Origin: Dehalococcoidia bacterium
GTDB lineage: Bacteria > Chloroflexota > Dehalococcoidia > SpSt-223
Length of the DNA stretch: 64,000 nt
Assembly: GCA_025054935.1 (NCBI GenBank)
Contig: JANWZD010000001.1
Coordinates: 201,008-265,007, forward strand
Direction: 5' to 3'
A model generated the notes under the pieces. The model was not told the origin of the DNA. It saw only the letters and a list, made by a program, of their open reading frames with translations, and searched no databases. Numbering within the stretch: position 1 is the stretch's first letter; every line of letters starts with the position of its first letter. This document shows positions 54,585 through 63,733 of the stretch, in pieces. The position numbers and the translations under genes were made by a program.

Positions 54585-56389
54585 CAGTGCGACTCCTCGA
54601 ACAACTTCTTCAGTTCATCCGGCATCTCGGGCAGCGGCTCGGGCGTGACCGTGAACTCGCCATTCCGCACCCGAGTGACAAAGTTCACCTTGCCGAGTTG
54701 GGGATCGGCGTTGGGATAGTCTTCGCGGGTATGACCGCCGCGGCTCTCTTTGCGTGCGAGGGCGGAGCGGGTCGTCGCCTCGGCGACGGTCAGCATGGAG
54801 TGCAGGTCTAGGGCGAGGTGCCAAGCGGCGTTGTACATCCGGCTGCCGCTGACAGCGACCCGGCTGAGCCGATGGCGAAGCTTGGCGATCTCCTCGAGCG
54901 CGATGAGCAGTTCGCTTTCAGTCCGGATGATGCCGACGTGGGTCTGCATCAGGTCCTGCAGGTCAGCATGGATGGCGTACGGGTTCTCTCCCTCGTGGCG
55001 TTCCCACGGGGCAAGCATCGCCGCCACCGCCGCCTGCACTTGAGCGGGGTCAAGCGCCGGCAGGGTCTTGACGCACTTGGCATATTCAGCGGCGGCGAGG
55101 CCGGCGCGCCGTCCAAAGACCAGCAGGTCTGAGAGCGAGTTGCCGCCGAGACGGTTTGCGCCATGGAGGCCGGCAGCGACTTCGCCGGCGGCAAAGAGGC
55201 CGGGCACCGTCGCGGCGGTAGTCTCGGCGTCCACTCGGACCCCGCCCATGATGTAGTGGCAGGTCGGCCCGACTTCCATCGGCTCTTTCGTGATATCGAT
55301 GCCGGCGAGCTGGAGGAATTGGTGATACATTGAGGGGAGGCGCCGCTTGATGTACTCCGGGGGACGCCGCGTCGCAATATCGAGGTAGACGCCGCCGTGC
55401 GGGCTGCCGCGCCCGGCTTTCACCTCGGCATTGATCGCACGGGCGACTTCGTCGCGAGGCAGGAGGTCGGGCGTCCGGCGATTATTTTTCTTATCCTCGT
55501 ACCAGCGGTCGGCCTCGGCCTCGTTGTCGGCGGTCTCCGCCTTGAAATACTCCGGGATGTAGCGGAACATAAACCGCTCGCCGTCTTTGTTGCGCAAGGT
55601 GCCTCCGTCGCCGCGGACGCCTTCGGTGACGAGGATCCCGCGCACGCTCGGCGGCCAGACCATACCGGTGGGATGGAACTGGACCATCTCCATATCGATG
55701 AGGTCGGCGCCGGCATCTGCGGCGAGCGTGATGCCGTCCCCTGTCGACTCCCAGGAGTTGGAGTTGATCTTCCAGACCCGGCCAGTGCCGCCAGTGGCGA
55801 GCACCACGGCTTTGGCGCGAAACACCGCGATTTCGCCGCTCGCGCGCCAGTACGCGACAAGCCCGGCAATCCGGCCGCCGTCAAGCAGCAGCCGCTGCAC
55901 TGTCATCTCCATGAAGATGTCGATCGGCTGGTGAATCGCATGCTGCTGCAAAGTCCGGATCATCTCGAGGCCGGTCCGGTCGCCGACATGCGCGAGGCGC
56001 GCGTAGCGATGCCCGCCGAAGTCGCGCTGGAGGATCAGCCCATCTTTCGTCCGGTCGAACAGCGCCCCCCACGACTCCAGTTCGAGGACGCGGTCTGGCG
56101 CTTCCATGGCGTGGATCTGCGCCATGCGCCAGTTGTTCAGCATCTTCCCGCCGCGCATCGTGTCACGGAAGTGCACTTTCCAGTTGTCTTCCGGCCAGAC
56201 ATTGCCAAGCGCGGCGGCTATCCCGCCCTCGGCCATGACCGTATGCGCTTTGCCGAGGAGCGATTTGCAGATAATGGCGGTTTTCACGCCGAGAGCGGCG
56301 GACTCGATCGCGGCGCGCAGCCCGGCGCCCCCGGCGCCGACGACGACGACATCGTATTCGTGAGTCTCGTAGCGAGCAGTGACATCCAT
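54584..56389 (-). CDS. sdhA: Succinate dehydrogenase/fumarate reductase flavoprotein subunit
   Basis: FAD dinucleotide fold (YDVVVVGAGGAGLRAA). Active-site HPTGM...; RLGGNSL. ATG 56389 overlaps the sdhC stop (TGATG). The N-terminal 30 aa of the ORF-track frame is an extension. Confidence 0.9.
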   Translation of the reverse strand: MDVTARYETHEYDVVVVGAGGAGLRAAIESAALGVKTAIICKSLLGKAHTVMAEGGIAAALGNVWPEDNWKVHFRDTMRGGKMLNNWRMAQIHAMEAPDRVLELESWGALFDRTKDGLILQRDFGGHRYARLAHVGDRTGLEMIRTLQQHAIHQPIDIFMEMTVQRLLLDGGRIAGLVAYWRASGEIAVFRAKAVVLATGGTGRVWKINSNSWESTGDGITLAADAGADLIDMEMVQFHPTGMVWPPSVRGILVTEGVRGDGGTLRNKDGERFMFRYIPEYFKAETADNEAEADRWYEDKKNNRRTPDLLPRDEVARAINAEVKAGRGSPHGGVYLDIATRRPPEYIKRRLPSMYHQFLQLAGIDITKEPMEVGPTCHYIMGGVRVDAETTAATVPGLFAAGEVAAGLHGANRLGGNSLSDLLVFGRRAGLAAAEYAKCVKTLPALDPAQVQAAVAAMLAPWERHEGENPYAIHADLQDLMQTHVGIIRTESELLIALEEIAKLRHRLSRVAVSGSRMYNAAWHLALDLHSMLTVAEATTRSALARKESRGGHTREDYPNADPQLGKVNFVTRVRNGEFTVTPEPLPEMPDELKKLFEESH

Positions 56390-57168
56390 CAGAACACCCA
56401 CCGTGGTTCGCTGATGATGCCGGCGGCAAGAAGCCGGACGTAGAGGTCGGTCAGCGCGACGCCGATGAGGCTGACCCACGCGATTTGCATGTGTCGCTCG
56501 TTGAGGCGGCTGACGATCTTCCAGAGGGAGAAGCGGACCGGCGCCGACGAGAACTGCTTAAGGCCCCCACCGCAGAGATGCCGCCCGGCATGACACGACG
56601 CCGTGTAGAGCGTGAGCAGCGTCGTGTTCGCCGCAAGGATCACAGTCCCCAAGCCGATCCCGAAGCGCCCGTCAAAGTTGAACGCCATGAAGACGTCGAC
56701 CCAGAGGAAGACGAGGATAGGGATCGACAGCCAGAAGAAGTAGCGATGGAGGTTTTGAAGGATGAAGGGGAATTTCGTCTCCCCGCTGTAGCGCTTTCTG
56801 GCGTCCGGCACTGCGCAGGCGGGAGGCGACCAGAAGAACGCCCGGTAGTACGCCTTGCGATAGTAGTAGCAGGTAGTCCGGAAGCCGAGCGGCACCCAGA
56901 GGATCAGAATGGCTGGCGACAACGCCCACCACGCTCCAAAGAGCGGCAAGCTCACATGCTCGCACGTCACCACTAGGCACGGCGAGTAGAACGGCGAGAG
57001 ATAGGGCGCCGCGTAATACCCAGCGTTGCCGAAGAGGGCTGCCCACGTGGCATAGAGACCAAACGCTACCAAGACGAGCCCGGAGATCAGCGGCTCGACC
57101 CACCAACGGTCTTTCCGTTCGATTGCGGGACGGAATTGCTGGCCGGGACGAAGGGCTTCCGTCGTCAT
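56389..57168 (-). CDS. sdhC: Succinate dehydrogenase cytochrome b (b558-type) membrane subunit
   Basis: Five TM helices with conserved His ligands. Bacillus-type single-anchor SdhC. AGGAGTG SD before ATG 57168. Confidence 0.8.
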   Translation of the reverse strand: MTTEALRPGQQFRPAIERKDRWWVEPLISGLVLVAFGLYATWAALFGNAGYYAAPYLSPFYSPCLVVTCEHVSLPLFGAWWALSPAILILWVPLGFRTTCYYYRKAYYRAFFWSPPACAVPDARKRYSGETKFPFILQNLHRYFFWLSIPILVFLWVDVFMAFNFDGRFGIGLGTVILAANTTLLTLYTASCHAGRHLCGGGLKQFSSAPVRFSLWKIVSRLNERHMQIAWVSLIGVALTDLYVRLLAAGIISEPRWVF

Positions 57169-57248
57169 CTGCTCACTCCTGTTCGCAAAGACACCGCGCT
57201 CCTCCTTTGCCTGCGCTATTGGCTGGTGCGGCAATGACTCTCGTCGTC

Positions 57249-57257
57249 AGTATACCA
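57249..57257 (-). promoter_or_regulatory. Extended -10 element TGGTATACT upstream of sdhC
   Basis: Minus strand reads ...ggctttGGTATACTgacgacgagagtc... about 75 nt upstream of ATG 57168. No good -35 at canonical spacing. Confidence 0.3.
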
Positions 57258-57917
57258 AAGCCGTTCTAGAACCGATTGTCAAAAGGGAAAAGGGTGAAGA
57301 GGAGAGCGCTCCTCTCTTTCGAAATTGGGGCGCATCTCCGCAACGCAACAACGATCTGACGATATACAGCGTACGGCGCGCAAAACATCTCGTCTCGATG
57401 CGACGAAATATTCTCGCTGCTGCTCCGAAAACGAGGCGGAAAGAGCGCGGAGATCCCGCTCTTGCTGCGGTCAATGGCCGAAGGTTCACTCCGTTCTCAA
57501 CGTGTGAAAAGGCCGCACCAGGGAGCGCCATCAGCGCACATGCTGACCGAGACGACGGCAGCGGGAAGCGACTCGCCGGCCGAGGGGCGGTCAGTATTTC
57601 CCGCGGCTTGCTGTGCCGCGCCAGAGTTGTCGGGCGCTCTTCTGCAATCCGGGGCTGCTTCCGGGAGGAGCCAAATTCGCTCTGGCACGGCGCGTCCGCC
57701 TCGATAGCGGGAACGAAAAGGAGCGCCTCTCTCACAGGGCGTATTACAGCAGGATGCCGGAGCACATCGTCGGCGCCGCAGCCGTTCATCTCCTTGGGCT
57801 ACCTGCCGAGGGCGCTCTTCTCTATCCTGAAGAACGCAGGCGTGGACCGACGGGGCTGGGAAGCGACCTGCGCCCGCACGTGTGCGCCGGGCCAGCACGG
57901 CGAGTGAGGAGACGAAG

Positions 57918-58721
57918 ATGACCGGGTCGCTGCAGGGACAGGTGGCGCTTGTCACCGGTGGCGCGGGGCTGATCGGGGCGGCGATCTCGCGGCGTCTCGC
58001 GCGCGAGGGAGCCGCTGTCGTCATCAACGGACGCGACCGCGCCAAAGCTGCGCAGCTCGCGGCCGCGCTTGCGGCGGCAGGAGGACATGCTGAGGTGGCG
58101 ATTGCCGATGTCCGCGATGAAGCGGCAGTCAGCGACATGGTCAGCGGCATTCTTGCGCGTCATGGTCGGTTGGACATCCTGGTGAACAATGCCGGGGGCG
58201 TGCGCGTGGCGGGTGCCGGCCGGCCGGCATATGTTGCTGACACGCGCCTCCAAGACTGGCAGCAGGTGCTCGATCTGAACTTGACAGCAGCGTTTCTCTG
58301 CACCCGCGCGGTTCTCCCGGCAATGGTCGAGCGGCGGTACGGCCGGATTGTCTCTATCTCCTCGGCAGGGCAGTTCGGGGTGATGGGGCTCGCCCACTAC
58401 GCGGCGGCGAAAGCCGGCCTGATCGGCTTGACGAAGACGGTCGCGCTCGAGTACGGCCGCCTCGGGATTACCGCGAACATCGTCGCCCCCCACCTGACCG
58501 AGAGCGGGCGGCCGCGCTCGGCGATGGCGGAGACCCTGCTCGCGCAGCAACCGATCCCGCGCTATGGTCGGCCGGAGGAGATCGCGGGAGCGGTCGCCTA
58601 TTTGGTCGGGCCGGATGCAGCCTATATCACCGGCCACGTGATGAATGTGATGGGCGGCTTGGAATGGCTCGGCCCGACGATCGACATGACGGCGCTCCGC
58701 CGAGCCGATGGCGCCCCCTAG
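57918..58721 (+). CDS. SDR family oxidoreductase (FabG-like 3-oxoacyl-ACP reductase family)
   Basis: TGGAGLIGAAI (TGxxxGxG), NNAG, catalytic YxxxK (YAAAKAG). GAGGAG SD 6 nt before ATG 57918. Confidence 0.85.
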   Translation: MTGSLQGQVALVTGGAGLIGAAISRRLAREGAAVVINGRDRAKAAQLAAALAAAGGHAEVAIADVRDEAAVSDMVSGILARHGRLDILVNNAGGVRVAGAGRPAYVADTRLQDWQQVLDLNLTAAFLCTRAVLPAMVERRYGRIVSISSAGQFGVMGLAHYAAAKAGLIGLTKTVALEYGRLGITANIVAPHLTESGRPRSAMAETLLAQQPIPRYGRPEEIAGAVAYLVGPDAAYITGHVMNVMGGLEWLGPTIDMTALRRADGAP

Positions 58722-58790
58722 CGGCCGGGCTCTCCTGCACGGCGGCCTGATGCGATCGGTGCTACCATTTCAGTTGCTGGGAGCGCGCAC

Positions 58791-59918
58791 ATGCAGTCTG
58801 GTCGACCGGGGTGCTATCAGCTCGGCCTCGTCGCCCTCATCAGTCTGATCGTCGGAAGCGCGGCGGGCGCGGCCGCGGCGATCCTCGTTCCGCCGCTCGT
58901 GGGGTATCGGCCGGCGGTCATCGACCGGTCGCCGGCGGCGCAGGTGAATGTTGCGCTCCGGCTGACAGAAGAGTCTGCGATTATCCAAGCCGCCGAGCGC
59001 GTCGGACCGGCGGTGGTCACTCTGCAGACCAGCAACCGGATCTCCTTCTACCGCACGGGGGAGATCAGCGGCTTCGGGTCGGGGGTGATTTTCGATCGCC
59101 GGGGCTATGTCCTGACGAACAAACACGTCATCGAAGGTGCCCGCCAGATTGTGGCAGTGCTGGCCGACGGCCGTCGGGTCGAGGCGACTACGCTGGGGCT
59201 GGACCCGCTGACCGACTTGGCGATTGTCAAGTTGCGCGACGGCGACTATCCTGCTGCGGAGCTCGGCGATTCCTCGGGGCTCCGGCCGGGGCAGTTGGTG
59301 ATCGCGATCGGCAGCCCCCTCGGCTCCTATCAGAATAGCGTGACCGCCGGCGTGGTGAGCGCTGTCAACCGGACAATCGAAGCTGACCAGACCAACCGGG
59401 GGGAGCCGCTGCACGACCTGATCCAGACCGACGCCGCGATCAACCCCGGCAACAGCGGCGGCCCGCTCGTCAATGCTCTTGGCCAAGTGATCGGCATCAA
59501 CACCGTGATTGCGAGCCGCGCCCAGAACATCGGCTTCGCGATCGCGATCAACAGCGCCAAACCGATCGTGGCGTCAGCGCTTGAACAAAATCGCGTTGTT
59601 CGGCCGTGGCTCGGGATCCGCTATCTGCCGAACAGCCAAGCGGTAGCGGCGGCGCAAGGACTGCCGATCGATTATGGAGTGGTGATCTACTCGGAGAATC
59701 CGCGGCTGCCGGCGGTGGAGCCGAACAGCCCGGCAGCGCGCGCCGGGCTGCGCCAAGGAGATATCATCACCGAACTGAATGGCCAGCGGCTCGATGCTAC
59801 GCGGAGCCTGGCGGATGTGATCCAGAAACTGCGGGTCGGCGACCGCGTTCCTCTCAAGGTGTATCGCGACGGCGTCGAGCGCACGCTCGAGATCACCTTA
59901 GTCGAGCGTCCTTCCTAG
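58791..59918 (+). CDS. HtrA/DegP-family trypsin-like serine protease with a PDZ domain
   Basis: N-terminal TM anchor. Catalytic triad motifs (TNKHV; DLAIVK; GNSGGPL). C-terminal PDZ. Confidence 0.85.
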   Translation: MQSGRPGCYQLGLVALISLIVGSAAGAAAAILVPPLVGYRPAVIDRSPAAQVNVALRLTEESAIIQAAERVGPAVVTLQTSNRISFYRTGEISGFGSGVIFDRRGYVLTNKHVIEGARQIVAVLADGRRVEATTLGLDPLTDLAIVKLRDGDYPAAELGDSSGLRPGQLVIAIGSPLGSYQNSVTAGVVSAVNRTIEADQTNRGEPLHDLIQTDAAINPGNSGGPLVNALGQVIGINTVIASRAQNIGFAIAINSAKPIVASALEQNRVVRPWLGIRYLPNSQAVAAAQGLPIDYGVVIYSENPRLPAVEPNSPAARAGLRQGDIITELNGQRLDATRSLADVIQKLRVGDRVPLKVYRDGVERTLEITLVERPS

Positions 59919-59922
59919 AGCC

Positions 59923-60471
59923 GTGCGGGTGACCGGCGGCACCTGCCGCGGACGTCCGCTTCTTGTTCCCAAGACTGGCGCGACCCGGCCCACCTCCGAC
60001 CTGCTGCGCGGCGTCATTTTCAACCTGCTTGAGCGCGAAGCGGAGACGTGGGAGCGCGTGCTCGATCTCTACGCGGGGAGCGGAGCACTCGGCATCGAGG
60101 CACTCAGCCGGGGGGCGGGGCACGCAACCTTTGTCGAGCGTCATCCCGAGGCGTGCCGCACGATAGCGGAGAACCTGCGCCGGCTCGGCCTCACCGACCG
60201 GGCTACTGTCCGCTGCCAAGCGGTTCGGTCGGCGCTCGCAACGCTGACAGACCCCTACTCTATAATCTTCCTCGACCCGCCGTACGCCGATCCTGACGTC
60301 GACGCGGTACTGGCCGAGCTTGCCGGCTCGCCGGTGGTGGGGCCGGAAACGGTTATCGTTCTCGAACATTCTCGGCAGCGCGACCCAGCCCCAGCTCCGC
60401 CGCGGTTGCGGCGTGTCACGCTGCGCTGCCATGGCGACACCTGCGTCTCACTATTTCGGCGTGGGGAGTGA
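59923..60471 (+). CDS. rsmD: 16S rRNA (guanine966-N2)-methyltransferase RsmD
   Basis: LDLYAGSGALGIEALSRGA and DPPY motifs; about 180 aa. GTG start 4 nt after the htrA stop. Confidence 0.8.
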   Translation: MRVTGGTCRGRPLLVPKTGATRPTSDLLRGVIFNLLEREAETWERVLDLYAGSGALGIEALSRGAGHATFVERHPEACRTIAENLRRLGLTDRATVRCQAVRSALATLTDPYSIIFLDPPYADPDVDAVLAELAGSPVVGPETVIVLEHSRQRDPAPAPPRLRRVTLRCHGDTCVSLFRRGE

Positions 60472-60474
60472 GCG

Positions 60475-60963
60475 GTGGTCCGTGCCCTCTACCCCGGGAC
60501 CTTTGATCCGGTGACGAATGGCCATCTCGACGTCACCGAGCGCGCCTCTCGGCTGTTCGACGAGGTGATCGTCGCCGTTTACGATGCTCCTCCGAAGCAG
60601 CTGCTCTTCTCGACGGAGGAGCGCGTGGCCCTTTTTCAAGCGGCGGTCATGGAGCGAGGGCTCGCAAATGTCCACGTCCAATCGTACACCGGCCTGACTG
60701 TCCGCACCGCGCGCCGCCTTGGCTGCAGTGTCGTTGTCCGCGGCATCCGGGCGCTGGGGGATTTTCTCTACGAGGCCGATATGGCGATGACGAACCGCTC
60801 TCTCGAACCAGACGTGGAAGTGGTCTTTTTGATGACCCTTCTTGAATATTCTTTCATCAGCTCCAGCCGGGTGAAAGAGTTGGCGGCGCTCGGCGAGCCA
60901 GTCGGCAATTACGTGCCGAAGCCGGTGGAACGGGCGATCGTCGAGAAGCTGGCGCGGCGGTAG
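60475..60963 (+). CDS. coaD: Pantetheine-phosphate adenylyltransferase
   Basis: YPGTFDPVTNGHLDV (HxGH nucleotidyltransferase motif) and the full CoaD sequence. Confidence 0.9.
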   Translation: MVRALYPGTFDPVTNGHLDVTERASRLFDEVIVAVYDAPPKQLLFSTEERVALFQAAVMERGLANVHVQSYTGLTVRTARRLGCSVVVRGIRALGDFLYEADMAMTNRSLEPDVEVVFLMTLLEYSFISSSRVKELAALGEPVGNYVPKPVERAIVEKLARR

Positions 60964-60977
60964 AGGAGGCGACGGCC

Positions 60978-61466
60978 GTGGACATTCTCCATCTGATCGA
61001 CCGTCTCGAAGCATTGGTCGCCCAGGGCACCCGGGTGCCCGGGCTTGGCAAAATCATCGTCGACCCTGACCAGCTGCTCGACCTCATCGATCAGATGCGG
61101 ATCTCGGTGCCGAAAGAGATGCATGAGGCACGGCGGATCCTCGAAGAGCGCGACCTCCTTTTGTCGCAAGCGCGAGCTGAAGCGGAGTCGATGCTGGCCG
61201 CCGCGCGCGAGGAGATCGAGCAGCGGCTGCAATCGAGCGACATTGTGCGCCAGGCCCAGGAGCGCGCCCAAGAGATCATTGCGCAGGCGCAGCGTTCTGC
61301 CCAGCTGATCGAGGCCGATGCGAACGCCGACGCAGCAGCAACCCGCCGCGAAGCCGACGAATACTCGATCGACGTTATCCGGCGGATGCTGGCGCAGATT
61401 GAGTCGGTGGAAGGTCAGCTTCGCCGCTATATTGAACAGGTGCAGCAAGGTGCTGGCCGCGGTTGA
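60978..61466 (+). CDS. Hypothetical coiled-coil protein (162 aa)
   Basis: Heptad-rich Glu/Arg/Ala/Gln sequence. GTG start 14 nt after coaD. Followed by a strong terminator. Confidence 0.5.
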   Translation: MDILHLIDRLEALVAQGTRVPGLGKIIVDPDQLLDLIDQMRISVPKEMHEARRILEERDLLLSQARAEAESMLAAAREEIEQRLQSSDIVRQAQERAQEIIAQAQRSAQLIEADANADAAATRREADEYSIDVIRRMLAQIESVEGQLRRYIEQVQQGAGRG

Positions 61467-61500
61467 ACCGAATAGCCGCCTCGGGCTACACTTGACAAAG

Positions 61501-61534
61501 AGCCGGGGTGCGCCCCGGCTCTCCTTCCTCTTGA
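61501..61534 (+). terminator. Intrinsic terminator: perfect 9 bp hairpin GAGCCGGGG-tgcg-CCCCGGCTC followed by TCCTTCCTCTTG
   Basis: Read directly from the sequence. Lies 35 nt after the stop at 61466. A second perfect 9 bp hairpin GTTCTCGCC-ggcgga-GGCGAGAAC follows at 61555-61578, just upstream of yceD. Confidence 0.55.
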
Positions 61535-61590
61535 GGTGAGAAGACGAAAGCGCGTTCTCGCCGGCGGAGGCGAGAACACCCTCGATCACA

Positions 61591-62112
61591 ATGCAGTACA
61601 ACGTTTCGCAGTTTCTTCGCAGTCCTGTTGGGGAAACCCGCCACTTTCCCGTGGAAGGGGACATCAGCGGCGTGGACGACCGCCGGCAGCGGACGGCGGT
61701 GACCGGCTCGGTCGAACTGCTCCGCACCAACCAGGGGGTCCTTGCGCGGGTCGTTGCCGGCCTCCACTCGATTGAGGAGTGCAGCCGCTGCCTTGCGCTG
61801 TTTGAGCATCCCCTCACCATTACGTTCGAAGAAGTGTTCTATCCCACCATCGACCCAGTGTCCGGTTTTCCGCTTCCCCTGCCCCCTGAAGACGACCCCT
61901 TCCTGATCGACCACAACCATCTGCTCGACCTGAGCGATGCGATCCGCGAATATGCGGTGATGGCGCGTCCGATCCAGCCGCTCTGCCACGCCGAGTGCGC
62001 TGGCCTCTGCCCGACCTGCGGCGTTAACCGGAATGAAACCGCCTGCCGGTGCGCCGACGCGCCCGTCGACCCGCGCTGGGCAGCGCTTTGGCAGCTGCAC
62101 CTTCAGGAGTAA
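61591..62112 (+). CDS. yceD: YceD/DUF177 family protein (ribosomal large subunit accumulation protein)
   Basis: C-terminal CxxC...CxxC (CHAECAGLCPTCGVNRNETACRC). Position immediately upstream of rpmF is conserved. Confidence 0.8.
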   Translation: MQYNVSQFLRSPVGETRHFPVEGDISGVDDRRQRTAVTGSVELLRTNQGVLARVVAGLHSIEECSRCLALFEHPLTITFEEVFYPTIDPVSGFPLPLPPEDDPFLIDHNHLLDLSDAIREYAVMARPIQPLCHAECAGLCPTCGVNRNETACRCADAPVDPRWAALWQLHLQE

Positions 62113-62115
62113 TCG

Positions 62116-62313
62116 ATGGCTGTTCCGAAGAAGAAAACTCCGCGCTCCTACAAGTTGAGTCGCCGGAGCCACCACCATCTGACGAAGCCCCAACTGCAGC
62201 CCTGTCCGCAGTGTCGTCAGCCCATGCTTAGTCACCGCGCCTGTCCTCACTGCGGCACCTACAACGGCCGTGAGGTCATTCCCGAGAAGGCGCAACTGCC
62301 AGACTCACGCTAA
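62116..62313 (+). CDS. rpmF: 50S ribosomal protein L32
   Basis: [23 protein letters not shown]...[25 protein letters not shown]. Confidence 0.9.
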   Translation: MAVPKKKTPRSYKLSRRSHHHLTKPQLQPCPQCRQPMLSHRACPHCGTYNGREVIPEKAQLPDSR

Positions 62314-62318
62314 GCCCG

Positions 62319-63203
62319 GTGGCGGACGGCGCGCCGGTCTTCGATGTGGCGGCACTGCGTGCTGGGGTCGCTCCGCTGGGGGTGCCGCTCGACGACGATC
62401 GGCTCGCTCAGCTCGACCAGTACGCGCGGCTCATTCTCGCTTGGAACCAGCGTATCAATCTGACGGCCGTTACCGACCCGACCGGGATCGCGCTCCGGCA
62501 TTTTGCGGACTCGCTCTCGGTGGCCGCCGTTTGGCAGCCAAAGCGAGCCGAGACCGTGGTTGATGTCGGCAGCGGCGCCGGCTTCCCTGGGCTCGTCCTC
62601 AAGATCGTCTGGCCCGCGATTGCGCTCACGCTCATCGAGGCAACGGGCAAAAAAGCGGCCTTTCTTCTCGAGGCGGTGCGGGTTCTTCAACTTGGAGGAG
62701 TGCAGGTCGTTGCTGCCCGTGCTGAAGAAGCGGCGCACCGCCCCGACCTGCGGGAACAGTTTGACCGGGCCCTCGCTCGCGCTGTCGCTCCCCTGCCGAC
62801 CCTGCTGGAGCTGACAGTGCCGTTCCTCAAGGTCGGCGGCCGGGCGCTCCTGCATAAGTCCGGCGACCTTGGCGGCGAACTTACTGCTGCTGAGCAGGCG
62901 ATGCGCCCGCTCGGCGCTGCCGGCCTGCGCGTCATCCCGGTGGACCTGCCCGGCCTCAGCCGCCGGCTCCTCGTCGAGGTCAGCAAAGATGCGCCGACCC
63001 CCCCTGCCTATCCCCGTCGTCCGGGCATTCCCAGCAAGCGCCCTCTCGGGAGCCGCGGGGAGCGGTCGGCTCAGGCGCGCAGCGTTTCGAAGTTCGCGAC
63101 ACCGAACGTCGGGCTGGGAGGAAGCACGCCGGCGCGGAGGGCGTCGAACCAACGGTCGGTTGCCCAGAGCAGCGTTGGGGCGCCCGCGGTCGGCAGGAGG
63201 TAG
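62319..63203 (+). CDS. rsmG: 16S rRNA (guanine527-N7)-methyltransferase RsmG (GidB) with an unusual about 55 aa basic C-terminal extension
   Basis: VVDVGSGAGFPGLVLKI (SAM motif) and the RsmG-family core through ...LLVEVSK. The ORF continues to stop 63203, overlapping the convergent CMD gene by 133 nt. Confidence 0.8.
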   Translation: MADGAPVFDVAALRAGVAPLGVPLDDDRLAQLDQYARLILAWNQRINLTAVTDPTGIALRHFADSLSVAAVWQPKRAETVVDVGSGAGFPGLVLKIVWPAIALTLIEATGKKAAFLLEAVRVLQLGGVQVVAARAEEAAHRPDLREQFDRALARAVAPLPTLLELTVPFLKVGGRALLHKSGDLGGELTAAEQAMRPLGAAGLRVIPVDLPGLSRRLLVEVSKDAPTPPAYPRRPGIPSKRPLGSRGERSAQARSVSKFATPNVGLGGSTPARRASNQRSVAQSSVGAPAVGRR

Positions 63204-63733
63204 CTGAGCGCTTCGGCAATCTCGACTTCCGCGGCACCGGCATCGTGCAGACGGCGGAGATGATAGGTAAAGGCGCCAGCGCGCTGATGGATCGCCTGCA
63301 CTGTCAGCAGCGCGAGGTCGGCGAGCCGAGGCTCGATCGTTCCGCGAACGGTGTCAACCAAGCGCTGATACTGCTCCTCCGGGCTGCTCTGGAGCCAAGC
63401 AGCCCAGTGCTCCGCGCCGAAGGCGAGCGCGGTCCACCCGTCGCCCGCGGCGGCGAGCGCAACCGCTGCTCGCATCTCCTCAGGGGGAACGCCGGCTGCA
63501 ACGGCACGGTCAAGGTGGAGGCTGCCCACCCGCTGTCGCTGGGCGGTCAGCAGGGCAATCCAGATGATTTCGCGCTCACGGTTGGTCAGGCGTCTCGGAA
63601 CGAGATTGAGCGTCCGGTAGAGGTCGCCCCACTTTTCGAGCACTGTCGGCTCAAGGTGACCGTAAACAATGTGGTAGCTGAGGGTGTAGCCGCGTTCTCG
63701 CTGGATCCGCTCCAGCAGCGCGTGGTCTGCCAT
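63071..63733 (-). CDS. Carboxymuconolactone decarboxylase (AhpD-like) family protein, two CMD repeats
   Basis: Two helical CMD-like halves (…EREIIWIALLTAQRQRVGSLHLDRAV…; …ALLTVQAIHQRAGAFTYHLRRL…). 220 aa. Confidence 0.6.
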   Translation of the reverse strand: MADHALLERIQRERGYTLSYHIVYGHLEPTVLEKWGDLYRTLNLVPRRLTNREREIIWIALLTAQRQRVGSLHLDRAVAAGVPPEEMRAAVALAAAGDGWTALAFGAEHWAAWLQSSPEEQYQRLVDTVRGTIEPRLADLALLTVQAIHQRAGAFTYHLRRLHDAGAAEVEIAEALSYLLPTAGAPTLLWATDRWFDALRAGVLPPSPTFGVANFETLRA

